This document shows positions 11,536-24,694 of a stretch of DNA of 64,000 bases, in pieces. Under the pieces are notes generated by a model. That model worked only from the letters and a program-made list of their open reading frames with translations, searched no databases and was not told the DNA's origin. Position numbers and translations under genes: made by a program. The stretch spans positions 99,202,001 through 99,266,000 of the forward strand of contig NC_045697.1 in NCBI RefSeq assembly GCF_009834535.1, read 5' to 3'. How positions within the stretch are numbered: position 1 is the first letter of the stretch; the number at the start of each line of letters is the position of its first letter. Source of the stretch: Camelus ferus (Eukaryota).

Positions 11536-13929
11536 AGAGACAAGAATAGATTCCAAAAGTAATAGGGTTCACTCTTGTAGCCCACTTCTAAGAATGACAG
11601 CATTTTAGAAGATCCCAGTATCTCAGATTCAGACATCACTGAGTATAATTTTGTGAGATATGAGCAGGATTTAAATTTTCTTTTACTCCATTAATGATCA
11701 AGACAGAAAGACTCCTTAGAAGGGAAAAAAAGGCAAGGGAGGGGAGGAGGGCAGGAGGAAAGTCATGTTTAAGAGCTAATTGAAGATTTATACTAGTAGT
11801 TTTAAAATCTTAGACATGAATTATCTAAACCATGGTAACTGAATTCAGTGCAAATGGTGGCTGTAGGATGGCTTGAGCTGTTTTCGTGATATTTTATTGA
11901 ATCTTCACACTGCAAAATTGGTGGGAATTAAGCTGTTTGTAACTTAACTTTGGAGGAAAGAGAAATAAATGTGCGTGTAGAAGTTAATCAGGTCAATGAC
12001 CTGTCTTTGGGTCTTTGGTTGATAGCTCCACCTCGGATATGAGCCAGACTCTCTTTAGGGGAGGACCGACTTTTAGAATAGCAGCCATCTCCAAATCCAT
12101 AATGGTGAATTACACGGGTCTGAGAATAAGAGGAAAAGTCACCATGACTAGAATGAAAGGATAATGCAGGGGGACTTGGGCTTCTCAGGGCTGCATGGTA
12201 TATGATGCTCTGGGTTTTATACTGCTCCTTCCTCAGCCCTGAGAACTCTTAATCCTAATTTCATTGCCCTAGGTAAACTGGGAAATATTTTCTCCTCCTA
12301 GACTGCAGTTACTCACACAATAAACAGGTAATAAACATTTTACTGCCCTAAGCAACCTTCTGCTAGGCGGGCAGCCAGAAGACAAAAGCCAGTGCATAGA
12401 CTAACCCCCTACAGGAGAAACTGCAGTGGACAAAGGATGTGAGTAACCTTTTCAACAGTGCACACACCCTCTCTGGGCTCCAGGAGAGGGACTGGGAGCT
12501 GCTGGGGTGCATTAGCCAGGACCTCGTGGTCTGGATTCCTCTCTGCTTCAAGCTAGTAGGGAAGATTTGATTTCACCAAAAGGTAATTTAGTTGCCATTT
12601 CAAAGCTCTGTCTAGCTAAATGAAGGATGAGGAATGAAACTGGAGTGTACAATCTCCCAGGTTAAACCATGGGCTGTGAGCCTGAAAAGCCAAAGAAGGG
12701 ACAGTTAGCAGCAGACTGAAATGTTTCTGGGGTGAGACCGATTCTGTTCAATTTCTGTTTGATTTCCGGCTTGCATTTTATTTTTCACCCCATCCTGGTT
12801 TCACTGTGACTGTTTACATCCTCCCCAGATATCAAATCAAATAGTTGTTTTCATCTGTTGACTACGTGAAAGGCATGGTGGACATCCTTTGACATCCTGT
12901 TTTTCCACTGTCCTTGGGGTTCCCTCCAAAGCCCGTTACCTTCAGCTTAGTTTAAAGTATTTTATGGTTTCAGCTGTTTAGGAAATATTTCAGTTCTTTC
13001 ATGCTCAAAGTACAGCTTGCAGCCGTTAGAAGTCTCTGCACCTTCCCCCATCTCAGGGAAACAAGGGCAGAGCCGAACAGAGTATGAGAAGCCCTGCTTC
13101 TACCTCTGCCATTTAACTTATTTATGGGGGATGGAAATCTTACATAAATACTTTCCCCCAAATAGCTTGCCAAATGTGAATGCATTAACCCAAGGCAAAT
13201 AAATGATAAACGCATAAACAATTTTCCAATTCATCTAGGTTGAAAAAAATGATTATTTTGTAAATCAACAGTTCTTTGATATCAATTGCAGTTAATTTAT
13301 GGTATTTTGCTCTAATTTTATTTTGGAATATTCATTTCTGCTGTGTTTTGTGGCAGAAGTGTTGCGATCGTCTAGCAAGAACTAAACAGGCTGACATGTC
13401 TACAGAGATATATCTGAGATCTGATTGCATCCAAAGTGGCCACTGTCTTGATACAAAACCCTAGAAAACCCACACACCCCCTTCTACTTTTGTTTCTCTT
13501 TTGAACCTTTCTTGAGAGGGTCAAGGAAGTGACTGTTAGAGAGCACTTTGAAGATGCACACTGATGGATAAGGGGAAAATAATGAAGCTACTGGCCGCTG
13601 TTGGAAAAAGCTCAGGGCTGCAGCAGGGCTACCGGCCATTCTGGCGGAGGTTTGCAAGTCGAGTCTTTCCCTGAACTGTCTTCGGACGACTCATACAAAA
13701 GCAGGATGGAAATACGCCCAAAGCGGACATCTGCAAAGTGGAGCACTTAAACCCCCAAACAAAAGTCACAAACCCCAGATAGCAGAACACAAGTATAGAC
13801 AGAAGCAAAGGGGCAGAGATCACTGGTGGATCCAAGTCAAGGAGTTCGGGAAGAAAAGGACACTCTCCCGGGGTGGCTAAAAAATGACTTACAAAGGGCA
13901 GGAAACAATCCTTCTGTTTTATCAGCGTT

Positions 13930-14240
13930 AGACTGATATTCCGTGTCCTACTTTGGTTCTGGCATTTACAAAATGACACGGAGAACACTGGTGAGGACCC
14001 AGAGGCCAGCAACAGCCATGATTAAAGAGATAGAAAAAGGGCTCTCGAAGTGAGATGAAAGGAATTGGGTTTATCCTGGAGAAAAAAAGGTTAAGGGGTG
14101 ACAGTGACATATTCAAGTACAGGAAGGGTTTTGGAGGTGCACTGACCAGCTTATCCATGTGCAGGGAGGCTGATGAGAAATAACAAGAGGCTTAAATAGA
14201 AAGCTGGAGCACGTTCAGTTGACTAGAAGGAAAAACAGCA
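13930..14240 (+). mobile_element. L3/CR1 LINE fragment
   Basis: 'cccagaggccagcaacagccatgattaaagag', 'aaggaattgggtttatcctggagaaaaaaaggttaaggggtgac'. Confidence 0.7.
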
Positions 14241-14269
14241 GGATAATAAAAACTATTCATGGGCTACTA

Positions 14270-15060
14270 TGGATCTTGGACTTCCCATGTCCAGAACACA
14301 ATTTCTGGTTCTTTTTACCCTGACTCCTGCCACTCATAAAGTCTTTTCTATTTCAGTAAACACTGCTAACGTTGACCCTGTTGGCCAAAGAAAAAGATCT
14401 AGGAATCATTCACATTTTCTTCCTTTCCCTACCCACCCTAATCCAGTGCTTCAGCTGCTCTGTTCTGGTCAGCTCTACCTCGAGAACAAAGTCTGAATTT
14501 GGCTACTCCTCAGTCTCCACCACCACCTTCCCCATCCAAGCCATGGCATTGCCTGCTTGGACCTGAACCAAGAGAATCCCTGTATCCTCCTTCAATCCAC
14601 TCTTCATAGGGCTGCTTTTTAGAGCATAAGTCAGATCACATTGCTCCGCTGCTCAACACCATCCGAAACCTTCCTATCATGCTTAGAATGAAACTCATGC
14701 TCTTTCCCATGGCCTTTGAGGCCCTGTATCACCTGGCTCCTGCCTACTGCCATGTCCTCATCGCGTCCATCCCTCTCTCCCCACTGCTCACTTTAGCCAC
14801 ATTGACTTCCTTGCTGTTCCTGAACAAGCCAGCTTTGTTCCATCTTTGCACCCTTTGCTTTCTCAGTGGGGAACACTCCTGTCTGACCTCTTCACTTGGC
14901 TGGCTCCTTTTTGTCCATCCGGTCTTAGCTCAAGTGTCAACTCCACTGGCCTTCTCCAGGCACTAGACATGTACAGTCTGAGACTGTGGACTTTATCTTG
15001 TTCCCAGTGGTGTCCTCAAGCCACAAACAGGTACCTGATGCATTGGGCTGTGTACCTTTG
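14270..15060 (+). mobile_element. L2 LINE 3' region
   Basis: 'cataagtcagatcacattgctccgctgctcaacacc', 'ggcctttgaggccctgtatcacctggctcctgcctac', 'tagccacattgacttccttgctgttcctgaaca'. Confidence 0.85.
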
Positions 15061-16504
15061 AATTGTGCATGTGTGTGACGGGGGGGGTGGCTAGCCTACT
15101 CCACTGGTGTTAGAGAAGAGTAAAACCAAGTGGGGCACCATCCTTACTACAGTCAGGGAATTTTAGGAATTTCCCTGAGTAAAAAAAAGCATAGAGGGCT
15201 GACCTTCGATCTTGGAGGACAGTCACAGTAGAAGGAGAGAAGAATGCGGATGTAAGACCCACTACCCTACTCAAAAACCATTTAGCTGGATCACCTCTTA
15301 GGATGAACTGAGGTGTCTATTTTCTTTCTTTTTCCTAAGGAGTCACGAGAGGCAGAGCTGCTCCCTTGCTTGTCCTGAAAGCTAATTCCTAGCTCTGCCT
15401 CTGTAACATTTACAAGGCTCTGATGGTTTCAGGTTCCCATAGGAAATGCTGTGAGTCATCCTAAACCTACCATCACATTGCTTTCTTTGAATCAGAATTG
15501 GACTAAGGAGGGGTGGGGAGGACCACTGCAAGACATGACTGTAAGATTCCTGAAGGTACTGCACACAATGACCTTCCATCGCCCCAGCCAGTTAGCCGAG
15601 GCTTTAAGATCAGGGTCAACAGCTTCTACTTTATTTTTGCCCTTAATTTCCCCAAAGAGCTGAGGGCAGTCTTAGACTGGGGACTCTATAAATGTTAGTG
15701 ATTGATTGACTCACAGACCTCAGAGAATGCAGACTCTAGTAGGTTTTTAGTAGGCTCTGTTGCCCTTCACTTCAAAATCCCGAAGTGTCATCTGTCATCA
15801 GGTGGCTGACTGTAACTGAAGAAAACTGAAATAAATTTACAAATTTAATTTTAAAAAGAATTTATGACCTCCTCCCCCTAAAAAACCCTCCAAGTGGTCA
15901 CAAGTTTAAACGTGTTTATTAAGGCTTATCGCCCTGATTCTATTTAACAGTGTTTCTAAAATGTTTGAGAAAGGTCAGGAAAATCTCCTCAAATTTAGAA
16001 ATACAAGTTAATGTCTGCTGTCCATTTCAAGAAGTATTTCTGGGGCTCTATCGGTACCCTGGGATTTGCCAGTGATACATATGACCATAGGATATGATGA
16101 CAGACTGGAGCAGGGGCTGGATTCTTTATAAATCAATAACTGGAGGATGGGTGAGGGACTGTCCGCTTTGGTGATTTCATTTTCAGCCACAGCTGGCCAG
16201 ATTGCTTATTGGAAAATAAAAGTCATGGCAAATTGAGCTTGACAATAACCAGGCTTGACTACATAGGCCCCCCTCTCCACTCTCTGCAATTAGAATGAGT
16301 GGAGGAGGGGAGGCCGACTGGGGAAGGCTTCTCCCCTGCTCTGTCACAGATTAGTCTTAGTTTATTTTGCAGGGCACAAGCCATATGTCGCCCGTGTAAG
16401 TGCTGTCCTCTGTCAATTCGTGCACTCTGCTGTTCTTGTGCCTCCAGGCGGCTGAGGTGCTGTTTCTGACTCTCAGGCTCCTGAAGAAGCGCATGAAAAT
16501 TGGG

Positions 16505-16790
16505 AGCCGTGCTGTCCAATGCAGTGCTACTATTTACATTTTTTTTCCTTAACACAGGTACTGGGGATTGAACCCAGAACCCCGTGCACGCCAAGAACAT
16601 GCTCTACCACTGAGCTATACCCCCCATCCCCTACTGCTGACATTTAAATTAAAAAGTCAGTTCCTCAGTCTTCAGTGCACTAGTCACTTTTTGAGTGCTC
16701 ATAACCACCTGTGGCTAGTGCCTATTGCGTGGGACCGTGCAGATAAAGAACATCTTTCACATCCCAGGAAATTGTATCAGATGGCCCTGA
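16505..16790 (-). mobile_element. MER3 (hAT-Charlie), split by a SINE
   Basis: 'gtgctgtccaat', 'cagttcctcagtc...cactagtcac', 'accacctgtggctagtg', 'gcagataaagaacat'. Confidence 0.75.
16542..16630 (-). mobile_element. Camelid tRNA-derived SINE (vic-1 type), short form
   Basis: 'ggtactggggattgaacccagaaccccgtgcacgccaagaacatgctctaccactgagctatacccc'; imperfect TSD ctactatttacattt / ctactgctgacattt. Confidence 0.88.
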
Positions 16791-18925
16791 TCCAGAAAAC
16801 TCACTTGATGCCAAGAGGCCCTTCCTTCTCTGTTCACAGCTTCTGAGATGATGGCTACCTTTGTGGTGAAGAAGAGAATTAGGTCTGTTAGAATTTAAAA
16901 ATTCTCTGGGTGCCGTGCATCTCTGCAAAAAGTGGGTACCACAGATCTGTGATGCAGCTTGAGGAATCGCAAACCAAGGACAAACTGACCTAATCTCGAA
17001 TTTTTCAATGAAAGCCACAACTGTGCTTTTATTCCACCAAACTGCAAAAGGCACGTGGGATGCTTTACCCTAAATTTGCTACCTTTTCATCATTCCTCAC
17101 CAGTGATCCCTGACAGAGCTGCACTTTATCCTCCATGAGGCTATGCACGTGTCTCCCATCTCTGATGACAAAGAATTCCAGAAGCTCCAAGAATTCACCC
17201 TTGCTTATAGGGTCACTGAAATCGTAATTTCAGGGCTTAACAATCACTACAACTGTTCCACTAACTTCTTACCTAAAATGCATGAGCCTCTGGATGTTGC
17301 TTGCATTGCATATTATGAATTCTAAGTTCTCGATTTATTTACTATCCTCAAAATGTGTTGTATGTCATCGTTGAAAAATGAAGTTGCAGAAGAAAACCCA
17401 GAAACACTAAAACATGAAGCAACATGACCCACCCTTTCCAATTTGGATCAGAATTTATGCTGCACAACTCACTCGCTGAGCTTTTGGGGTGTGAACAATG
17501 AGTGGGAAAGCCCTTTAAACCTACAAATTGATATAAAACTGGGAGTTCTATAGATTGAAAGGTTGAGGTGTGGAGATTAAATTTGATAAACTTCATGGGC
17601 TTTACATTGAAGTCGCATTTCTACTACTAGATCAGATTTATGGTAAGAGCTTGATTCTAATGATTTGGAGCATTCATACAAACAAGCTGCACTGCACACC
17701 CATTTTGGCCGTTTTCTCTGCACTAGTCTTATTTGTTCTTGAATTAGGCAAGATTAGTGATTATTATTCTACTGTCATAGGTGGGCAAATGGAGGTAAAA
17801 TATTCACTTCCCCCACAGGGCAGTGAACTGTGGTTTTACTTCCAGGACACTGAACACAAGCCAAGCTTATTTCATGTTTAGGCACTAGTTTTGATGCCTG
17901 CTACTCCATTCATGGTGATACTGCCTCTTCTCGAATAGTGCACAACCTAAGGTCAAGGCAATTCAGTAAAATGACCAGCATAAAATGGTGAGGATGACAA
18001 AATCCCTTCACAACATTGTCCCCACCTGTAAGCACCCCGTTTATGTCATCTGATTAACTAAGACATTTGATTATCCGTTTGGTCCAACAGAAGCTTTATC
18101 TGACTGGATAGAGAAAGATGTGGGGGGACCACGGGGAACTATACTACGGAACACAAGCATTGAGGTAACTTGGTAGGACGTGGAAGGGAGAGGAAAAATG
18201 ATGACATTCAAGAATTAAGGCTAGATCTATATGCCCAACTCATAAATCATTTTTAGTCAAATTGGTTTTTAAAAAGCAGCCAAAACATTTTTGGAAGAAC
18301 TTGAGTGACTTTTGGGCCAACCTGGCATAGTGAAACTTACAGTTCATGTGGACACAGAGACAAGAGTTGGCTCACAAACCTCTGTAAAAAAGACTTGCTC
18401 GGTTGGCTCTCCCCACGTTAACAGGCTCTCAGAGAGGGCAGTACCCATGCTAAGTGGACGTGAGCCTTCCTCACACCTCGCGTGTGTGAATGGCACAGCG
18501 GCCCAGAGCACCTGCGGGCTGTGCTTTTCTCTGCGGAGGAGGATGGAGCTGGACGGAGCCCAGCGGTGTGTGTGCCTGGAACCCGCAGCATCTGGGGGTG
18601 AGGCTTAGTTTAAACAGGGGGCTCTGCTGTCAACCCCACAGCTGTGGGCGGGCTAGAACGTGTCTGGGGCTCAATTTGGGAATCACTCCTCACCCAGAAG
18701 CAGTTTTCCTCTCTATCTTTCACGTGGGGATTTACAACATCCCACGTGGGGCCTTACAGTTTTATCTGCTGTTCTTTCCTACGCGCCAGATTTGGCTGTA
18801 GGCTGCCTATTTTCAGTGTCTGGGAACCTCAAGAAGGGAGCAACGCAGAAAACCTCCAGCTAAAGTGAATCCTTCCCCGGGGCTTGGCATTTAGCTGCAG
18901 CTCCATCACGTATTTACAATTGGAA

Positions 18926-18952
18926 AACAACAACAACAACAACAACAAAAAA
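18926..18952. repeat. (AAC)n short repeat
   Basis: Read directly. Confidence 0.85.
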
Positions 18953-19559
18953 CCCAGCACATGCAGCCTCCCTCAGTACAGGGGCCTCAGAGACAACGTG
19001 GTCCTTATAAGCCCTTTTGTGCTCGACTAGCTGTGGCACAGGACAATGGAAATGGTTACGTGTAGCCTGTTGTTTCTATGTAAATGCCACCTCGAGGATA
19101 CAGTCTTTGCCAGGCAGATGGCTAATTTCTCTGCTCTAACCTCATCTCCCCAGTGTTACTGTGTGCCTGTGATGTCCTGCCCTTGGAGTCAGGTCTTGAT
19201 TCCTGTCAAATGTTCAGAGACAAAAGTGGTGCCTGCTAAACCATTCCCGCGAAGGCAGCTACTGGCTGGGAATGGCGGTGGTGGCCGCAGCCCAGGCTGC
19301 GTGGTGGGCTGTACCTGCCAGTGCCGGGCTGCACAGTGGGGGCTTCTCTGCTTCCAAGTTTCGAGTGGAACACTTTCCTTTGTTATCGCCAGCAGCCTCT
19401 GGACTCCAGCATGCTGATAGCCCCGTGTCTTTCTGTTGGGATCAACAGCCACTTCCTTAACTGCTCCTTGCTAGTTCATGCTGTCTCCTGGCATCCATCT
19501 GACCGTGCAAATTTGGGCAGGGCCAGGAGAGAGTCCATCTGTCTTGTCACAGATAGGTG

Positions 19560-19800
19560 GTGGTGAACTTGTGGCCCCCCAGAAGCCCGGCTGCCACGTG
19601 CAGACAGGTAATCCTCCTAGCCAGGACCCTGCCCATCAGCGATTGGCCGTCTGATTGGATGCACATTCATCTTCAAATTATGTTGTGTGACAGCCCGGGC
19701 TGCTGAACACCATTTTAACATGCAGATTGACTCCTCGGAGGCTCTTCATTATGCATTTAGCGGTCTGTTTTCAGACTAACCAGCATGTCAGAGAGGCCCG
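19560..19800 (-). promoter_or_regulatory. Candidate promoter or enhancer (two CCAAT boxes, E-box)
   Basis: ATTGG at 19642-19646 and 19654-19658, CACGTG at 19595-19600, within a repeat-poor stretch. Confidence 0.35.
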
Positions 19801-20158
19801 CCATCCTTTTTCCACCTGGGTGGAGGAAATAGCTCACTGACTGTGGGGGAGCCACGGATATTAAAATGCATATGTTTACTTTCCTGAGCATTCACACACA
19901 ACTGCTTCCCTCAGTGCAAGAGAAGACGGAGGAGAAAAGAAAAGACCCTTGGTTTTGCCATTCCAGGAAAATGGCTGTGCAGAACAAGGGAGGCTTTGTT
20001 GCAGAGAGAAGCCAGCTAGGCCGGACCAGCCTGATGCCCACCCGGCTGCCCACTAGCCTGCCTGGGTGCCTCCACACAAGCGTTCCTCTTATCAACACAC
20101 AGACTCCCTCTTTCTCTCTCACACACACAGCCTGAAGTATTTTAAGCAGAACACTTAC

Positions 20159-20420
20159 AATTTCCTGTTGCTAAAACCGTTCTGCATCTCCAGCGGCATT
20201 CCAAGCAATCCTGGCGAGTGATAGGACGAGCCAACTGCATGTGCGCAAGCACAGTGTCTGGTTAGGGGGCTCCAGGGTTACCTAGGAGGCTCTGGGGCCC
20301 CCTTTCCACCCCTTCTCTCTTCTCTTCCTAGTGCAATTTACTTCTGCTTGCAAAGAATATTTCTGTATGGCCTTAGGCGGCTACTGCATGAACACCAATG
20401 TTTCCTGTGTGTTGTGAATG
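20159..20420 (-). other. Candidate first exon of an unidentified minus-strand transcript
   Basis: Donor ATT|GTAAGT at 20159/20158, downstream of a CA-rich tract; ATG at 20199 gives MPLEMQNGFSNRK open to the donor; 5' boundary is a guess. Confidence 0.3.
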
Positions 20421-20470
20421 TGAGTGCGTGCACGTGTGTGTGCCCGTGTGTGTGCGTGTGTGTGCGTGCG
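20406..20470. repeat. Imperfect (TG/CG)n alternating tract
   Basis: 'tgtgagtgcgtgcacgtgtgtgtgcccgtgtgtgtgcgtgtgtgtgcgtgcg'. Confidence 0.85.
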
Positions 20471-21517
20471 TATCTCCTTTCTCCAGGATCTCTTTCCCTT
20501 CCTTACAGAGGAATCACGTTTGCACTGCTTTTTAAAATTCCTGCCTGTTCATATTTAGTTCCCCAGTGCCATATTTTCTCCATTTTTCTAGGGCCTTCAC
20601 TTCGGGCTATGGGTTGGCCAAGGCAGTAGCCCTCTGTTTTTTGCCTCTGATCAGTGGGGGCTTCTAAAATCGGGGCCTGAGGGGCTCTCTTGCTTCATTT
20701 CTTTGTTGCCACCAGAGAAATATCGGACAGGTTTAGAAGGCTACCTTGGACACAAAAGCTTAGGAGCCCAGAGCTGACACCCAGCTTCCTAAAGGACAGC
20801 CACCCTGCCACATGCCTCTGGGGTGTCCGTTGTCTGCACATCAGCTGCCCCTCAGCTTCTGGGCTCTCCCAGGCATAGCTGGATCCTGATATCAAGAGCA
20901 TGGATGAAATTTTGCTATTTAAACAGCAGAGTTCATTCTAGTCAGGCTCTGGGCAGAAAGTAAAACCGACAGCGGAGCCGTAGTCCTAACTCCCCTGGAA
21001 AGGCTGTGAGGAGGAATAAAATGGTTACCAAGACTTGGTCTGGGATCAGAGTGTTCCTGATGAGTGAATTGGGCAGGAAATGCGGCTTTTTATTTTTGTA
21101 TGGAAGACGGTGATGCCCACTGACAAGAACAGGCTGCATGTGGTTGCTGGGCTGTTGCTCAGCTGGTGTCACACTGCAGAGCATTGTTTGGAAAGCTATC
21201 ACCCAGCAAGAACAATATGGCTACCCAGCGCCCGAGGCGGTGTGTGGAGAGATCTGTCCCCTCGTTCACGTAGCTCCTCACTGATTTTTGCTTTTTCTGT
21301 GATAAAACAAATGGATTTCCTGAATTAAAAATGCTACTGAGGGTTTTTAGTCCCAGAACTACTCTGTGTTTTAAGAAAGCTCCTTGATTGACAAATGAGT
21401 GGGGACCAACTTGTGGTTTGCAAGCCTCTCACGCCTGTGAGAAGGCTGGGGGTTGTGAATCTCAATTCCAATAGTTACTTGCCACGCGGACCACGGAATG
21501 TCACTAAATCCTGATTT

Positions 21518-21894
21518 TTAATTTGGGCTGCATGGTGTCCCCCACCAAATTCATATGCTGAAGTCCTAACCCCTTGTACCTCAGAATGTGACTGTATTAG
21601 ACACAGGATCTCTAAAGAGGTAATTAAGGTTACATGAGACCTTTCAGGTGGGTCCTAATCCAGTATGACTGGTGTCCTTATAAAAGCAGTTAGGACACAG
21701 ATACACACAGAGGGAAGAACTTGTGAAGACACTGGAAGAAGATGGCCATCTACAAGCCAAGGAGACTGTCTCTCAGAAGAGATTAATGCTTAATCATGCA
21801 CTTCCAGCCACCAGAACTGTGAGGAAATAAATTCTGTTGTTTGAGCCTCTCAGTTTGTGGTGCATTGTTACAGCATCCTGAGCAAACTAATACA
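21518..21894 (+). mobile_element. MLT1A/B-type ERVL-MaLR solo LTR, inserted in a MIR
   Basis: 'aaattcatatgctgaagtcctaacccc...acctcagaatgtgactgtatt', 'cctaatccagtatgactggtgtccttataaaag', 'ccagaactgtgaggaaataaattctgttgttt', ends 'aactaataca'. Confidence 0.92.
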
Positions 21895-22949
21895 GGGACG
21901 ATGAGTACTAGTGTGCTTCAAGGATGTGAGAAACAATAGAGGGGTAAGGGGGGCATTTCACAGTATCTGGAGGATTTCAAGCATCATTTTCAGTGATCTG
22001 TCTTAAGAAGACCCATACATCTCAGCCCAGATGCTAATTTCACAGAGATTAGGTAGAAATTGGGTTTTCTGTCAGGCAAAATACCTGTAAAAGAGTGGCT
22101 GCTCTCTGGCTTCCTGTTCTTAAGGCAGAACTGACATCTTGAACTGAGAAAATGCTGTAAAGGACCTCACTGGCCCTTCAAATAAATCTCTAGATTTTTG
22201 TTTGAACCAATCAATCGGTTCTCCAAGGTGTCAGCTGGTAACAGACATATCTGTCAATACGACAGTCCTGCCGTCCCTGGGCAGGCTGTGTCCCTGGGCA
22301 GGCTGTGTTCCCAGCAGGAAGCACGGCTCAGCAGTTACTTATATTTGGAAAATGGATAACCCAGGATTATGTGTTTCAGGAGGTGAGGTTAAAGCGGGGT
22401 CAAGGGCCAGGTTAATGCTAGTACAGTTTCCACTGGAGAAAGCGAGCACAATGTATTGATTTCAGGGAGATGATATGTGTTCCTAGCCTTGCTTCCTCAC
22501 CCTGCTTCTCATCCATCCAGAGATGTCCTTTGGCAGAGTCTGAACACCCTCTGCTTTTCGGAAGTATCCCTGCCAACTGGTGCTGTAGGAAGCGCTGAAT
22601 CATGAGAGCACAGTCAGAGGAAAAATAAATATTCTGTGTCTAAGAGAAACGTGGACACGACTTAATTGGGTTTGGCTGCCGAGCCTCTTGGTTGCGTTTT
22701 CTCTCCCGGGCTGCAGGCAGCGCTCAGCTGAGCCTTCCCCATTCTGTAGCCCCACTGGGTCAGGTACCCCACGGGGAATTTCCCTACACTTCACTTACTC
22801 ATTCTCAGCTGAACAGACACACATGTTAATGTGATTCTGTGCCCCCTAATCAAATACAAGTCCCCTCCTGGAACAGGGTGATCTACAACTTGAAGGAACA
22901 CTGGTTAAAGATCATCTTCTATAAATTCTTGTTTCACATTCTTTTTTTT

Positions 22950-23520
22950 GTTGAATTCACTAAGTGTGGCCTTCTCCTATCATGGACACCAGAACCAAGG
23001 AGGAAGCATCCCTTTCTAAAATGCTCTTCCTCTTCTCTGTATTTCATCTCTTCTACTTTCTTCCAAAATGCCATTTTCCAAGTCAGTAAGCTTATATAAA
23101 TCCCAAGTCGCACTACTTTCCTAAACTGTTTTCAAGTCCCTTCTCTGGGATTTAATATCTCCTATGATAACCAAAACTGGACACAGAATAGCACTAAGGT
23201 TTTATATGTTATCTTAAATTTTCTATATTATCTTTTCTTTTAACCCCCCCAAGCATCCTATTGGTTTTTTAAATTGCTGCTGGATACCAGACAGATATTT
23301 TCCCCAAGTTATCAGCCATGACTCTTAAATTATTTTACTATGAGTTCAGAGCCTATCAGAGATTATGAGAAGTTTAGATTATTTTTCCCAAAGTGCATTA
23401 TTTTATACTTAACCAAATTAAATTTCATCTGCTTTCACACTACCCAATCCCCTAGTTTGCTTAGCTTTGCCTGAAGTGTCTCAGAGCAATCCTTAATTTT
23501 TTATTAACTGTGCCAATTCA
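22950..23520 (-). mobile_element. CR1/L3-type LINE RT C-terminal fragment
   Basis: Minus-strand translation from 23431 gives QMKFNLVKYKIMHFGKNNLNF (CR1 motif WQMKFNxxKCKVMHxGKNN), then NRMLG and CVQFW motifs, with stops and frameshifts. Confidence 0.85.
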
Positions 23521-24105
23521 AAGCTTCCTACTTAACTCTCTGCTTTAGAGCTTTTGCCTTTCACACTTTTGGAAGTCAGTGCATTTTAAAAAGTGTGGAA
23601 TGAAGCACTATTTGGAAAGATGCTATGCTAAGGGATACGTAAAAGATCCCAATAAATTAATGACAACACACCTGAAGGTGAGGTACCAAATTCAACCTCA
23701 AGAAGCACCATCATTCCTGTGCTGAGAATAAATGATCCTAAAATGTTTCCCCTTTCACTGGGATATTACATTACAAACTCAGATAGGAATCCTAGCAGGC
23801 AGCCAATTTTCCTGTAGAGCCACCCTCTATTTTGGCTTCCTATGGAATCTGTGGTGGCAACAGGGGTCCCTCTTCTTCACAGTTTTAGTTGAATGGAAAC
23901 TAGGATCAATGAGTTCACTGCATGCTTTTCCATGGTTATTTCTGGGTTTCTTTTCTCAGATATTGAGAGAAAGATAAACATGTTGCATTTTTTCACCAGT
24001 TCTTTGCTCCAAGTTGTCTCCAATCCTTTCCCCTATATAGCTGGAAGAGGAACTGATAGAATGAAATCCTCCCAGTTTTAAAATGACCATTAAGAACGGT
24101 GCTGG

Positions 24106-24684
24106 TATGGAAGCAACCAAAGTGTCTGTCAGTGGATGAATGAATAAAGATGTGATATACACACACACACTGGAATACTGCTCAGTCATCAGCAAGAAGG
24201 AAATCCTGCTGTTTGCAACAACTCGGATGAGCTGGAGGGCATTATGGTAAGTGAAATAAGTCAGACAGAGAAAGACAAATACTTTGTGATCTCGCTTATA
24301 TGTGGAATCTGTAAAAGGTAAACTCAGAGAAACAGGGCAGAATGGTGGTTACCAGTGACTAGGGATGAGGAAATGGGGAGATGTTGGTGAAAAGGTGCAA
24401 ACTTCCAGTTGTAAGATTAACAATTTCTGTGGATCTAACGAAGACCTGGGTGATTATAGGTAATAATACTGTATTAGATGCTTGAAAGTTGTTAAGAGAG
24501 TAGATCTTAAATGTCCTTACCATAAAAAAAAAAGGTAATTTACCTGAGGTGATAAAGGTGTTAGCTAATGCTATGGTGGTAACCATTGTGCAATACAGAA
24601 ATGTGTCAAATAAACATGTTGTACATCTTAGACTTACACAATGTTATCTGTCAATTATATCTCAGTAAAGCTGGGGGAAAAAAA
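24106..24684 (+). mobile_element. L1 3' end (L1MA9-like)
   Basis: 'aagtgaaataagtcagacagagaaagacaaatac', 'aaacttccagttgtaag', 'aagagagtagatcttaaatgt', 'caattatatctcagtaaagctgggggaaaaaa'. Confidence 0.92.
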
Positions 24685-24694
24685 GAATGCAGCT

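Noticed and set aside
18341..18381. 41-nt minus-strand exon-like segment
   Set aside because: Joining it to the 20159 donor gives an immediate stop; no independent support.
22273..22306. 17-nt tandem duplication (similar short ones at 51045-51070 and 60372-60403)
   Set aside because: Two-copy slippage duplications with no spacer array; not CRISPR-like or otherwise functional-looking.
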